Below are positions 51,425 to 64,000 of a stretch of 64,000 nt of DNA, piece after piece. This DNA is from Eledone cirrhosa. Taxonomy: Eukaryota. The notes under the pieces were generated by a model, which worked only from the letters and a program-made list of their open reading frames with translations, was not told the origin of the DNA and searched no databases. Position 1 is the stretch's first letter, and each line of letters begins with the position of its first letter. The stretch covers positions 4,278,001-4,342,000 of the forward strand of contig OZ024750.1 in assembly GCA_964016885.1 (NCBI GenBank). The letters are read 5' to 3'. Position numbers and translations under genes: made by a program.

Positions 51425-51955
51425 GATAAGGCGTTCTGTTCACGATCGCAAAGGTCGTGAGTTCGATTCTCGGCAATGTGTTTGTGTCCTTGAGCAAGAA
51501 ACTTTATTTCAAGTTGCTCCTGTCCACTCAGCTGGGAAAAATGAGTTGTACTTGTAATTCAAAGGACCAGCCTTGTCATATTCTGTTTCTCACTGAATCT
51601 TCCTAAGAACTACGTTAACCCTTTAGCATTTACATTACTCTATATTTACTATTGTATTTTCACGGTAAAAGCTTAACTTTACATACTTATCTCTCATAAT
51701 ATCGAATCTATGAGATTTTGATATTATTTATTTTGAGTACAATATCTTAACATCAGTATGAGCAGCCAGGTACAGCCAGTTTGAACAGAAAGAGGTGAGA
51801 GAATTCTGGCTGGATATGGCCGGTTTAAATGCTAAAGGATTAAAGGTACACGCGTTTGTGGAATGCTCAGTCACTTGTACGTTAATTTCACGAGCAGGCT
51901 GATCCGTTGAACGTATCAACTGGAACACTCGTCGTCGTAACCGACGGAGTGCCAG
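51425..51955 (+). mobile_element. CORE-type SINE interrupted by a MITE
   Basis: GAGTTCGATTCTCGG B box; TGTGTCCTTGAGCAAGAAACTTTATTTCAAGTTGCTCC; appears to continue past the insertion. Confidence 0.7.
51619..51839. mobile_element. piggyBac-like MITE, 221 bp
   Basis: TTAA at 51615-51618 and 51840-51843; TIRs CCCTTTAGCATTTA / TAAATGCTAAAGGA (13/14). Confidence 0.8.
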
Positions 51956-52254
51956 TAATGAATTAACTCATGCCAAAAGAATTAATCAAAATCCACCATG
52001 ATAATTATTAAGTACGTTCCTCTTTTATTCCATTTGAAACTTCCGAATGATTAATATTCAGTGTGATAGCGACCACACTAATGACTTATTACTTTAGCTT
52101 ACATTGATGCTCCAAGAAGACACCATATTGAATCTTTCATTATGATTTTATTATCAAAATAATCAGGAATATATACAGTATATTGAATATGGAATATTCA
52201 AAAGAAACAGATCAATAGAAATCAATCAAAGAAAAAGAAAGAAGCATTGCAAAA

Positions 52255-52397
52255 GAGGTTTATTTTTCAACATAGTTCCTGGAAAGAAACCCTGACCAAG
52301 ATACTCTCATGGAATGACCAAATGAGGTTTATTTTTCAACATAGTCCCTGGAAAGAAACAATGCAGTTATTAATAAGAAAAATTGAAATTAATGCAT
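52255..52397 (+). mobile_element. MITE family M internal fragment with the same tandem duplication as at 8557
   Basis: GAGGTTTATTTTTCAACATAGTxCCTGGAAAGAAAC present twice. Confidence 0.65.
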
Positions 52398-52547
52398 TCG
52401 TTACTGGTACTTTATTTTATCGACCCTGTAAGGATGAAAAGCAGAAGCTAACCTCGGCGGTATTTGAACTCAGAACGTAAAGGGTCGTAAAGCTATGCCG
52501 CGAAGCATGGTGTCTGACACTCTACCGATTCTACCAATTCACCGCCC
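52398..52547 (-). mobile_element. SINE family A
   Basis: Core through the GGCGGTG head. Confidence 0.85.
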
Positions 52548-52817
52548 TCAATTAAGAGTAAAATAATGAAGAAGATGGTTTAAGAAGTAGAAGAATAAAA
52601 AGAAAAAAAGAATGCGATCTTTAATATCATTAAATTCTTGTCTTTGATAATTGTTGAAGTGAAACAGATGAGAGCCAGAGGCGGGGATTTTCATCTGTAT
52701 TTAAATATTTCTTGATGTGTCTCTCATGAAAGGGTTTAGTTTCTCACAGATTTCCAAATCAATATCTAATATCTGGCTTTAAAAGATGGTGAGAAGATTT
52801 AGGTCATGTAATATGAT

Positions 52818-53278
52818 GGAGAGTTGGAGAGTTGGAGAGTTGGAGAGTTGGAGAGTTGGAGAATTGGAGAGTTGGAGAGTTGGAGAGATAGAGAGTTGGA
52901 GAATTGGAGAGTTGGAGAGTTGGAGAGTTGGAGAGTTGGAAAGTTGGAGAGATAGAGAGTTGGAGAGATGGAGAGTTGGAGAGTTGGAGAGTTGGAGAGT
53001 TGGAGAGTTGGAGAATTGGAGAGTTGGAGAGTTGGAGAGATAGAGAGTTGGAGAGATGGAGAGTTGGAGAGTTGGAGAGTTGGAGAGTTGGAAAGTTGGA
53101 GAGATAGAGAGTTGGAGAGATGGAGAGTTGGAGAGTTAGAGAGTTGGAGAGTTGGAGAGATAGAGAGTTGGAGAACTGGAGAGTTGGAGAGTTGGAGAGT
53201 TGGAGAGTTGGAGAGCTGGAGAACTGGAGAGTTGGAGAGTTGGAGAGTTGGAGGCTGGAGAGTTGGAGAGCTGGAGAG
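52818..53278. repeat. 8-bp GGAGAGTT tandem repeat
   Basis: About 57 units with GAGAGATA and GGAGAATT variants. Confidence 0.95.
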
Positions 53279-53427
53279 TAAATGGCTGAGATATCATCAT
53301 ACTCCCCCTCCTCCTCCCCTCCTCCTCCTCCTCCTCATCATCATCATCAAAGTAGGCAATCTGGTCATCATCATCATTATCTTCGTTAACACCGTCATCT
53401 TCGTTTCGTTATGAGGATGATGTTAGA

Positions 53428-53448
53428 TGTAGTAGAAGTAGTAGTAGT

Positions 53449-53483
<35 letters not shown>

Positions 53484-53592
53484 TAGTAGTAGCAGTAGTA
53501 GCAGTAGTAGTATTAGCAGCAACAGTAGTAGTAGTAGTAGCAGTAGTAGTAGTAGTAGTAGCTGTAGTAGCAGCAGTAGTAGTAGTAGTAGC

Positions 53593-53627
<35 letters not shown>

Positions 53628-53703
53628 AAGCAGCAGTAGTAGTAGTAGCAGTAGTAGCAGTAGTAGTAGTAGTAGTAGCAGCAGGAGTAGTAGTAGTAGT
53701 AGC

Positions 53704-53753
<50 letters not shown>

Positions 53754-53841
53754 CAGCAGCAGTAGTAGCAGCAGTAGTAGTAGTAGTAGTAGTAGTAGCA
53801 GCAGTAGTAGTATTAGCAGCAACAGTAGTAGTAGTAGTAGC

Positions 53842-53876
<35 letters not shown>

Positions 53877-53878
53877 CT
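53428..53878. repeat. (TAG/CAG)n trinucleotide tract
   Basis: Seen directly. Confidence 0.95.
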
Positions 53879-54174
53879 GTTTTTGTTCCTTTCACTACAT
53901 ACAAAGAAATAAATTAACTACAGTTGCTATCTCGTGCCACGAAACTTTTTCTTTTCCCCTCTTCCTTGACCTTTCTTCCTTACCACCTTTCCTCTCCACT
54001 CTTTTAAAAGATAAACCACTGTCCAAAACGTAGAACATTCATCTTTTGATTTACTTTTCAGTGTTAAACAAATATTATACCTTATCATTTTAACTGTTTC
54101 TTTTGTCCCAGTGACACTTTCATTAATATTCAATTGTTTTAAAAAGCTCTACGGCAAATGCGTTATATGATTTT

Positions 54175-54285
54175 TATTTTATATTGTATGTTATATTTTA
54201 TATTCTATGTTATATTTTATATTCTATGTTATATTTTATATTCTATGTTATATTTTATATTCTATGTTATATGTTTTGTATTTTA
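54175..54285. repeat. 19-bp AT-rich minisatellite
   Basis: TATATTCTATGTTATATTT, about 5 copies. Confidence 0.85.
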
Positions 54286-55311
54286 TTTCTCAAAATTTTA
54301 TTTAAGTTATTTTAATATTTATTTTGCTTTCTTTTAGTTAAGTATTTTATTAATCATTTGTGTAAAGAAAAACAAAAACAACAACCAAAAATGACTTCAC
54401 CTTCAGAAAATGTCCCGTTGAGAAATAATACTCATTTATTAGGAAGTCTGCTCCACTAAATTAACCGTATGTAGCACCATATGCTTTTCGTTGAATGAGA
54501 TTAATGCTGAATTTCTAGACATTGCTCTTGTGTTTCTGGCTTTACATACTTTTATGGTTCTGTACTCATAGAATCTTCCACAAAATACCAAACTATAAAA
54601 ATAGCATTCCTGAAAATATTCTTTATGTATCAACTTAAAGACAGAAAACTGTGAGGAATCTTGGCAAGAATAGAAGATTTTAAGGTTGTTTCCTGAGTGG
54701 TCAGTATATAAAGTTCCTATGCACAGTAGTAAATTTTGCTGTTCATTTTCTACTTTGAAGTAAGTGTATACGAAACTAATTTAATAATCTGTCTTCAGAA
54801 CTAAACACAAGAAAATTAACTCATATAACAGTAAAGATCATTATCAAAAAATGTTTACGTAAGTTTATGAAACCGTGGTAGAAATTCCATTTCGTCAGGT
54901 TATTTTAATTTACAAGACATGAATCTAGGCAGCTATCATATTTATTAAGTATACTGTTAGACACAGACAGATCACGAAATACTTTCATCGGCTCTTAAAT
55001 ATTATGTTTCCCGTATCAGTAGATCAAATATCAAACAGTAGAGCAGCTATCATTCGAGGCGTTCTTTTCAAGGAATTAAAATCTTAACGAATAAGAATGT
55101 TACCTTGGCCTAATGGCTGCTCCAACCCTCAGAGTTTCAAGTTCAATACATAGCTGAAATTTCACAAAGTGTTCAAATATCATTTCACTGGTTGTCAATT
55201 TTTAACCACCATTAACTCGATAAACTTGACAATAGAAATATCAACCATTTCAACACAGGTGTAACAGTTTCGTATTTTCCACAGGTGGGCAGGCTACGTG
55301 AAGGAGTAGTA

Positions 55312-55342
<31 letters not shown>

Positions 55343-55557
55343 CTTCTTGGATAGTAGAGTATGGCTTGTCCCAGAGTCTAGAACTAACTATTGCAACGGC
55401 AAGAGCTCAGCCGTCGGCCCAGATTCTTTATAATAGAAGACAGAAACAAAGTAGAAGCAATTACACACACACACACACACATATATATCTATATATATTT
55501 ATATATATATAACCATTTATATACACACATATACGTATATATAAATATATTTTTATG

Positions 55558-55598
<41 letters not shown>

Positions 55599-55613
55599 GT
55601 ATATATACATATA

Positions 55614-55652
<39 letters not shown>

Positions 55653-55894
55653 ACACACATCCATGTGTGCGAGTATATTATTATCAGTGATCTATATATG
55701 TGTGTGAGTGTATGTATGTATGGAGCCTAAATATATTAGTCTGCCTGTGTGTTAACTAAGATTGCGTGTATAGTCGCCATATTGTTTTCTCTAGTTATGA
55801 ACTGTGTCTTTTATCAGCTACGGTCCATCAAACACTTTCATAATAACCGCTAGAGACCCCATAGCTATACATTGGCTTTTGCATCTTGTGTGGC

Positions 55895-55984
<90 letters not shown>

Positions 55985-56019
55985 TTGTCTGGTTTCCGCC
56001 CTCTTTTTCACTATATATA

Positions 56020-56146
<127 letters not shown>

Positions 56147-56386
56147 CACATATATATATATATATATACACAGGAAAAGTAATAAAGCAAACAACAGCAT
56201 CTTTTATATAATAATAACGTCGTCGTTTCTCTAATGAGTTCTCACTAATAGCCTTACATACAGTAGGACCCTTAAGTCTCGCCCTATCAGCTTCGTCAGA
56301 TGTCTAACTGACGTCACTAATGAATCACATGCAATGGAACCAATGCAAGATTTCATTCGAGGAACTGGAACAGATTTCTACAATAG

Positions 56387-56952
<566 letters not shown>

Positions 56953-56993
56953 CGTATTTTCACTATTAAGAAAACACTATGCCGACATTTACC

Positions 56994-57024
<31 letters not shown>

Positions 57025-57098
57025 AAATAAAAATAAAACAATAAAACAATAAATAAATAAATATATAAATAACCAAGGCCTAAACACAGATGCATACT

Positions 57099-57181
<83 letters not shown>

Positions 57182-57296
57182 CATGCCTTCATGTGTATAC
57201 ACACACACATACCGCACACAGAAATAGACCCACATGTGTGTTTTGTATGTATAAATGAACGAGTAAATATACAATTATATGAGGACACTACATAGT

Positions 57297-57328
<32 letters not shown>

Positions 57329-57499
57329 TGTATGTATATATATATATATATATATGCACACACATATGATATATATGTATATATATATATGATATATATA
57401 TATACACATATACATATGTGTGTGTGTGTATGTGTGTGTATACATGCATGTATGTATATTTATGAATTTATATATACTTATGACATATATATTTATATA

Positions 57500-57575
<76 letters not shown>

Positions 57576-57601
57576 AATATATAAGTATAAATGTGTGTAT
57601 A

Positions 57602-57707
<106 letters not shown>

Positions 57708-57735
57708 AATATATAAGTATTAATGTGTGTGTGTA

Positions 57736-57795
<60 letters not shown>

Positions 57796-58144
57796 TATAT
57801 ATATACACACATATATATATATATACACACATATATATATATATATACATACATATTCAGAGTTCAATGGAGTCCGCTAAATATCTTAACTGTTTTCATT
57901 CACAGCAGTTTAAACCGAAGCACGTTATCAAAACATTTAGGCGTCAAGTGCACCAAGACTTGGATAATGAGAAGGTTATTGCAATCCTGCGAAGACCTAC
58001 GTTTATAATAAATTGTCTTAGTTACTTCCTTGACATAGCTTTCTCCAGATAACACTCATATCAATTTATCAATCATCCCAGATAGTTTTTTTTTTTTATA
58101 TATCGTCAAATCCCTTACTTAATCTTCAGGACAGTTTTAATGGT

Positions 58145-58376
58145 TTATGATATAGGCAGAAGGTTAATAGTTTTGGAAAGAAGGGAAGGAAGTCGATGAA
58201 ATCGATCCCAGTGAATTACTGGTACTTTATTTTATCCCTCCCGCTCCACGCCCCGATACGTATGGATGAAGGGCAAAGCTAACCACCGGTCGGATTTAAA
58301 CTCAGAACGTAAAGGATCGTAACTATACGCTGCAAAGAGTATGTTGTTCGATGCTCTACCAATTCTGCCAAACCAC

Positions 58377-58414
<38 letters not shown>

Positions 58415-58858
58415 TTTCTGATTTAGGCACAAGGCCAGCAATTTATAGGGGAAGGGGGAAGTCGATTAAATCGACCTCACTGTATTACTGGTACTTTATT
58501 TTATCGACTATGTAAGGATGAAAGGCAAAGCTAACCTCGGCGGGATTTGAACTCAGAACATAAAGGGACGTAACTATACACCGCAAAGCATGTTGCTCGA
58601 TGCTCTACCGGTACAGCCAATCTAACACCCTAATTTTAATATTGGTTTTTAATTTAGGCACGACGCCAACAACCTTTGGGGAGGAGAAAGTCGATTAAAT
58701 TAACCCCAGTGCGTGACTGGTACTTTATTTTATCGACTCCGTAAGGATGAAAGGCAAAGCTAACCTCGGTGGGATTTGAACTCAGAACGTAAAGAACCGC
58801 AACTCTACACCACCGAACATATTGTCCAATGCTCTACCGATATTGCTAATCCACCGCC
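58145..58858 (-). mobile_element. three head-to-tail SINE family A copies (about 58145-58372, 58410-58628, 58645-58858)
   Basis: Three consecutive, mutually diverged full-length copies in the same orientation. Confidence 0.9.
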
Positions 58859-59282
58859 GTCTTCTCGGCATTTATAGTATTGAGTTCTTTGTTGTGTTTA
58901 CATCTGTGATATATAAGTGACAATAATTGTGTAGTGTAGATCTTTCTGATATCATAAAGACGAAATGACTGATTAGATACGTTCTATGACTCGTGGGTGG
59001 TATCATTCTACTCTCACGTGGCAGGCGTATTTTCTGTGTCTCAGAATAGGACAATCCTATTCACATCGCTTAACCTAGTAAAAGAGTAGGTCATAGAAAC
59101 TTTTATGGAAACATTTAACCGAGACCAAACACGTGCTCTATTTCTTTCCCATATGTTTAACAATATAGGAATTAGAGATAACCGCCAGAGAAAGAGATAT
59201 AGAGGAAGAATCGAACCCAGTACTAGACTTGTACTTTTTTATTGACCACTCTGACGTGTATCTGTTCTCTCTTTATCCTAAC

Positions 59283-59400
59283 TTTCCTGAAGAAGGATTT
59301 CTGTCCGAAACATTGAAACCTCCACCAAGCCTTAACCTAATATAACTGTGTAAAATTGCCTCCTGTGTTTTGTTTGTTTCAATTATTAACTGTATACTAT
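59283..59400 (+). ncRNA. hammerhead ribozyme-like core, family P3
   Basis: TTTC-CTGAAGA-A-GGAT-TTCT-GTCC-GAAAC-ATT-GAAA at 59283-59318; stems I and II pair, stem III has a C-A mismatch; AAGCCTTAACCTAATA downstream. Confidence 0.55.
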
Positions 59401-59419
59401 CTATCTCCTCTCACCGAAG

Positions 59420-59468
<49 letters not shown>

Positions 59469-59945
59469 ACAGAAATAAACATATATAACCTAAATTTATA
59501 ATTATAAGGACTTGAATTTATCTAAAGCATACAAAATATATCACTTCAAGTTACTAAGTACTGCATGCATATATCGTAGATACAATAGAAAACAGCAAAA
59601 AAATAAAACGCAGCATGTGTCCAAGGCGCGCATAACTACGCTCAATTGTGCAATGAAATCACGCAATAAAAAAAAAAACAGCAACAATAAGAATACTTTT
59701 TATATATTGTTTCTTATAGTTAAAGAAAAGAAAAAAAAGCCAGCGAGACACTGTGAAAAGCACAAACATATATACTGCCAGATAGTTATATATCACAATT
59801 GTCAAAGATTGTAATTAGTAACATAGAAAATAAAATAAAATAATTAATTATTAGTGTAAGTTTTATATAAGGAGGAGTAATGACCTATTTTGTTATCCAG
59901 ATTTCACTGATACCGGTTTAAAGTTTCTCTAGTCACCAGTTTTCT

Positions 59946-59984
59946 ATGGCGCTCGACACAAGCAAGTTTGATAACTTTAGAAAG
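59946..59984 (+). CDS. speculative first coding exon (MALDTSKFDNFRK)
   Basis: Acceptor-like TTTTGTTATCCAG ending at 59900, in-frame upstream stop, ATG at 59946, donor-like AAG|GTCTGT at 59984; no homology recognised. Confidence 0.15.
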
Positions 59985-60469
59985 GTCTGTATGTTTTTTG
60001 TCTCTCTCTCTCTCTCTCTCTCTCTCTTACCTGTCAGGCTTTTCTACCTCACTCTCCTTCTCCCCCCCTCTGTCTCTCTCTCCTGTCACACTTCTTTCTC
60101 TGTCTTTCTCTCGCTGTCTCTCTGTCTCTCTCTCTCCTGTCAGGTTTCTCTACCTCACCCTCTTTCTCTGTCTTTCTCTCGCTGTCTCTCTGTCTCTCTC
60201 TCCTGTCAGGTTTCTCAACCCCACTCACCTTCTCTCTCTCTCCCTACCACACTCTCTCTCTCTGTCTCTCCCCCTCTCTCTCTACCACGCTGCTTACCCG
60301 CTCATTATGTATGCCCATTTTCTATTTCTGTCTCAAGCAGTTACCCGTCTTCCCAAGTCTGCTTTCACTGGTTTAGCAGTAATATTTTCTTGGCTCAGCA
60401 CTTCACATGCTTTTATTTATTTCGTTACCCAATCTGCAGTGTCAACGTCTATACAGACGTTTAAATTGA

Positions 60470-60517
<48 letters not shown>

Positions 60518-60554
60518 ATACCTATGGTCATTAATCAAGGGGTTTTGGAGTAAC

Positions 60555-60840
60555 GTAACTCCACTACTTCTCCGAATTGAGAAAGATTACAGCTCCGATA
60601 CTATGGACATGTGGTTAGAATGTCTCAGGAAAGAATCATTGGACAGATTCTACGGGTAAAACCAACCGGCAGGAGACCCAGGGGTAGACCTCGAGCAAGG
60701 TGGTTGGATAACATCCTTGAGCTTGGCTGGTCTCGCTTGGGGGGATCCAGCCGGATCAGTTGGAGTTGGTTGCTTCTGGAATGAGTGGTTGAGGACTCTG
60801 CCTCCACGACCGTCTCAGGAATAAGTGGGAGAAGAAGAAG
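60555..60840 (+). mobile_element. RTE-like LINE 3' end
   Basis: RLQLRYYGHVVRMSQERIIGQILRVKPTGRRPRGRPRARWLDNILELGWSRLG; short (GAA)n tail; same family as the 13781 copy. Confidence 0.85.
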
Positions 60841-61020
60841 GCGATTAAAAAGAATTGTTTCAGCTAGTGTATCCATTGAGGAATATATATCTAGCAAGCT
60901 AGAATCAATATTTTCTGCGATATCACAATGTTGAGCTCAACAATCAATGAAGGTCACAGGCAGACGTGACAAAATCAACAGCATATAATTTATTGAAGCT
61001 GGTTATGCTGAATGGTATAA

Positions 61021-61119
61021 ATGATGATGACGACGACGACGATGATGATGATGATGATGATAATGATGATAATGATGATGATGATGATGATAATGATGAT
61101 GATGATGATAATGATGATA

Positions 61120-61172
<53 letters not shown>

Positions 61173-61173
61173 A

Positions 61174-61205
<32 letters not shown>

Positions 61206-61233
61206 AATGATGATGATGATGATAATGATGATA

Positions 61234-61274
<41 letters not shown>

Positions 61275-61275
61275 A

Positions 61276-61307
<32 letters not shown>

Positions 61308-61326
61308 AATGATGATGATGATGATA

Positions 61327-61367
<41 letters not shown>

Positions 61368-61440
61368 AATGATGATAATGATGATAATGATGATGATGAT
61401 GATGATAATGATGATGATGATAATGATGATAATGATGATA

Positions 61441-61481
<41 letters not shown>

Positions 61482-61563
61482 AATGATGATAATGATGATA
61501 ATGATGATGATGATGATAATGATGATGATGATGATGATGATGATAATGATGATAATGATGATA

Positions 61564-61604
<41 letters not shown>

Positions 61605-61641
61605 AATGATGATAATGATGATAATGATGATAATGATGATA

Positions 61642-61679
<38 letters not shown>

Positions 61680-61680
61680 A

Positions 61681-61712
<32 letters not shown>

Positions 61713-61722
61713 AATGATGATA

Positions 61723-61778
<56 letters not shown>

Positions 61779-61779
61779 A

Positions 61780-61814
<35 letters not shown>

Positions 61815-61926
61815 AATGATGATAATGATGATGATGATGATGATAATGATGATAATGATGATAATGATGATGATGATGATAATGATGATGATGATGATGA
61901 TGATGATAATGATGATAATGATGATA

Positions 61927-61967
<41 letters not shown>

Positions 61968-61986
61968 AATGATGATAATGATGATA

Positions 61987-62024
<38 letters not shown>

Positions 62025-62025
62025 A

Positions 62026-62057
<32 letters not shown>

Positions 62058-62067
62058 AATGATGATA

Positions 62068-62099
<32 letters not shown>

Positions 62100-62100
62100 A

Positions 62101-62141
<41 letters not shown>

Positions 62142-62211
62142 AATGATGATGATGATGATGATGATAATGATGATGATGATGATGATGATGATAATGATGA
62201 TAATGATGATA

Positions 62212-62252
<41 letters not shown>

Positions 62253-62253
62253 A

Positions 62254-62285
<32 letters not shown>

Positions 62286-62304
62286 AATGATGATAATGAT
62301 GATA

Positions 62305-62336
<32 letters not shown>

Positions 62337-62337
62337 A

Positions 62338-62390
<53 letters not shown>

Positions 62391-62511
62391 AATGATGATG
62401 ATGATGATGATGATGATGATAATGATGATAATGATGATAATGATGATGATGATGATAATGATGATGATGATGATGATGATGATAATGATGATAATGATGA
62501 TAATGATGATA

Positions 62512-62552
<41 letters not shown>

Positions 62553-62553
62553 A

Positions 62554-62585
<32 letters not shown>

Positions 62586-62595
62586 AATGATGATA

Positions 62596-62627
<32 letters not shown>

Positions 62628-62772
62628 AATGATGATGATGATGATGATGATGATGATAATAATGATGATAATGATGATAATGATGATGATGATAATGATG
62701 ATGATGATGATGATAATGATGATGATGATGATAATGATGATGATGATGATGATGATGATGATAATGATGATA

Positions 62773-62831
<59 letters not shown>

Positions 62832-62832
62832 A

Positions 62833-62885
<53 letters not shown>

Positions 62886-62913
62886 AATGATGATGATGAT
62901 GATGATGATGATA

Positions 62914-62954
<41 letters not shown>

Positions 62955-62955
62955 A

Positions 62956-62996
<41 letters not shown>

Positions 62997-63021
62997 AATG
63001 ATGATGATGATGATGATGATA

Positions 63022-63059
<38 letters not shown>

Positions 63060-63100
63060 AATGATGATGATAATGATGATGATGATGATGATGATGATGA
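61021..63100. repeat. 2.1 kb (GAT)n tract with AAT interruptions
   Basis: About 690 in-phase triplets with no indels. Confidence 0.98.
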
Positions 63101-63128
63101 CCATGGTGGTGATGGTAATGGTGCACTA

Positions 63129-63259
63129 TCATGCACGATCATCACCATAGTCATCATCATCATCATCATCATCGCCATAGTCATCTTCCTCAATTTCTCT
63201 TCCATTCCCTTCAGCGAGACTTTCAACTGATTCCAGATATGGAAGAAATGCAATAGTTC
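63129..63259 (-). CDS. speculative terminal exon with acidic tail
   Basis: After TTGCAG the minus strand reads TIAFLPYLESVESLAEGNGREIEEDDYGDDDDDDDDYGDDRA**; weak acceptor; no homology recognised. Confidence 0.15.
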
Positions 63260-63303
63260 CTGCAATTTATAACACATACTTGTGTGGATGAATGGATATC
63301 TTT

Positions 63304-63413
<110 letters not shown>

Positions 63414-63519
63414 GAAGTATTTCCGTAGGAAGGGTAAAGGAAAGTAGAGTGCTCTATGTATGCAACAGAACTATTTAATTATGTAATAAACAACATAAGA
63501 CAATTATTCCATTAACCAA

Positions 63520-63836
63520 AGGTTTCTCGAAGACAGACGAGCTCAACAGAGACGTCTATGCACTATGCAGGATGGAAGAGGTCCTGTATCAGGCTCCGCA
63601 CCAGATGGCTGGGTATCATCAGAGAATATCCCCGAAGGCTCGACAACACCATGGAGAATGCAAATGAGATGGCATGGGACCGCAAGCGGTAGAGGGCGCT
63701 GGTGGACCTGGTCGGCTCTACACACGACGATCGCTGGCTTAGGATGATCCCGGCCTCGTAGAGCAAGGGCAAGAAGAAGAAGTAGTAGTAATAGTAGTAG
63801 TAGTAGTAGTAGTAGTAGTAGAAGAAGAAGAAGAAA

Positions 63837-63892
<56 letters not shown>

Positions 63893-63921
63893 ATAGTAGT
63901 AGTAATAGTAGTAGAAGAAGA
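63520..63921 (+). mobile_element. LINE (RTE-like) 3' end with GAA/TAG repeat tail
   Basis: GWKRSCIRLRTRWLGIIREYPRRLDNTMENANEMAWDRKR*RALV matches the GxRxxGRPxxRW...AxDRxxWRxLV C-terminal pattern. Confidence 0.7.
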
Positions 63922-64000
63922 ATGTATTATGAATGAAAGCCGACAGCGAAGGCTGTGCCCTGCCAACCGAAATATAAATCACCAGACTGTGACAATAATG

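Noticed and set aside
52818-53278. Telomeric repeat
   Set aside because: The GGAGAGTT unit is not TTAGGG-like and the tract is interstitial and variant-rich.
57861-58052. Exon [12 protein letters not shown]...
   Set aside because: The acceptor lies in a microsatellite with no pyrimidine tract; no recognisable homology.

Overview
AT-rich, microsatellite-saturated eukaryotic DNA, intergenic or deep intronic. No protein-coding gene is supported with confidence; almost all long ORFs in the track are translations of simple repeats. The SINE families look like those I recall from octopus (coleoid cephalopod) genomes, which is inference and not a database result. Retroelements: about 25 copies of one tRNA-derived SINE, a few CORE-type SINEs, 3' ends of RTE-like and Tx1/L1-like LINEs, a bipartite non-autonomous RTE derivative (one copy 5'-inverted) and a decayed Penelope-like (PLE) reverse transcriptase fragment. 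Other repeats: mariner-, hAT- and piggyBac-like MITEs, several minisatellites and a 2.1 kb GAT/AAT tract. The most notable signal is a set of at least three short PLE-terminus-like families sitting in or beside (TA)n/(CA)n tracts, carrying minimal hammerhead ribozyme cores and/or long fold-back palindromes whose two arms co-vary within a copy. Also notable: a 1.1 kb simple-repeat tract bracketed by a 46-47 bp duplication, a convergent inverted pair of tRNA-like Pol III units, and satellites arising from the ends of dispersed elements. Coordinates were read by eye and may be off by a few bases.
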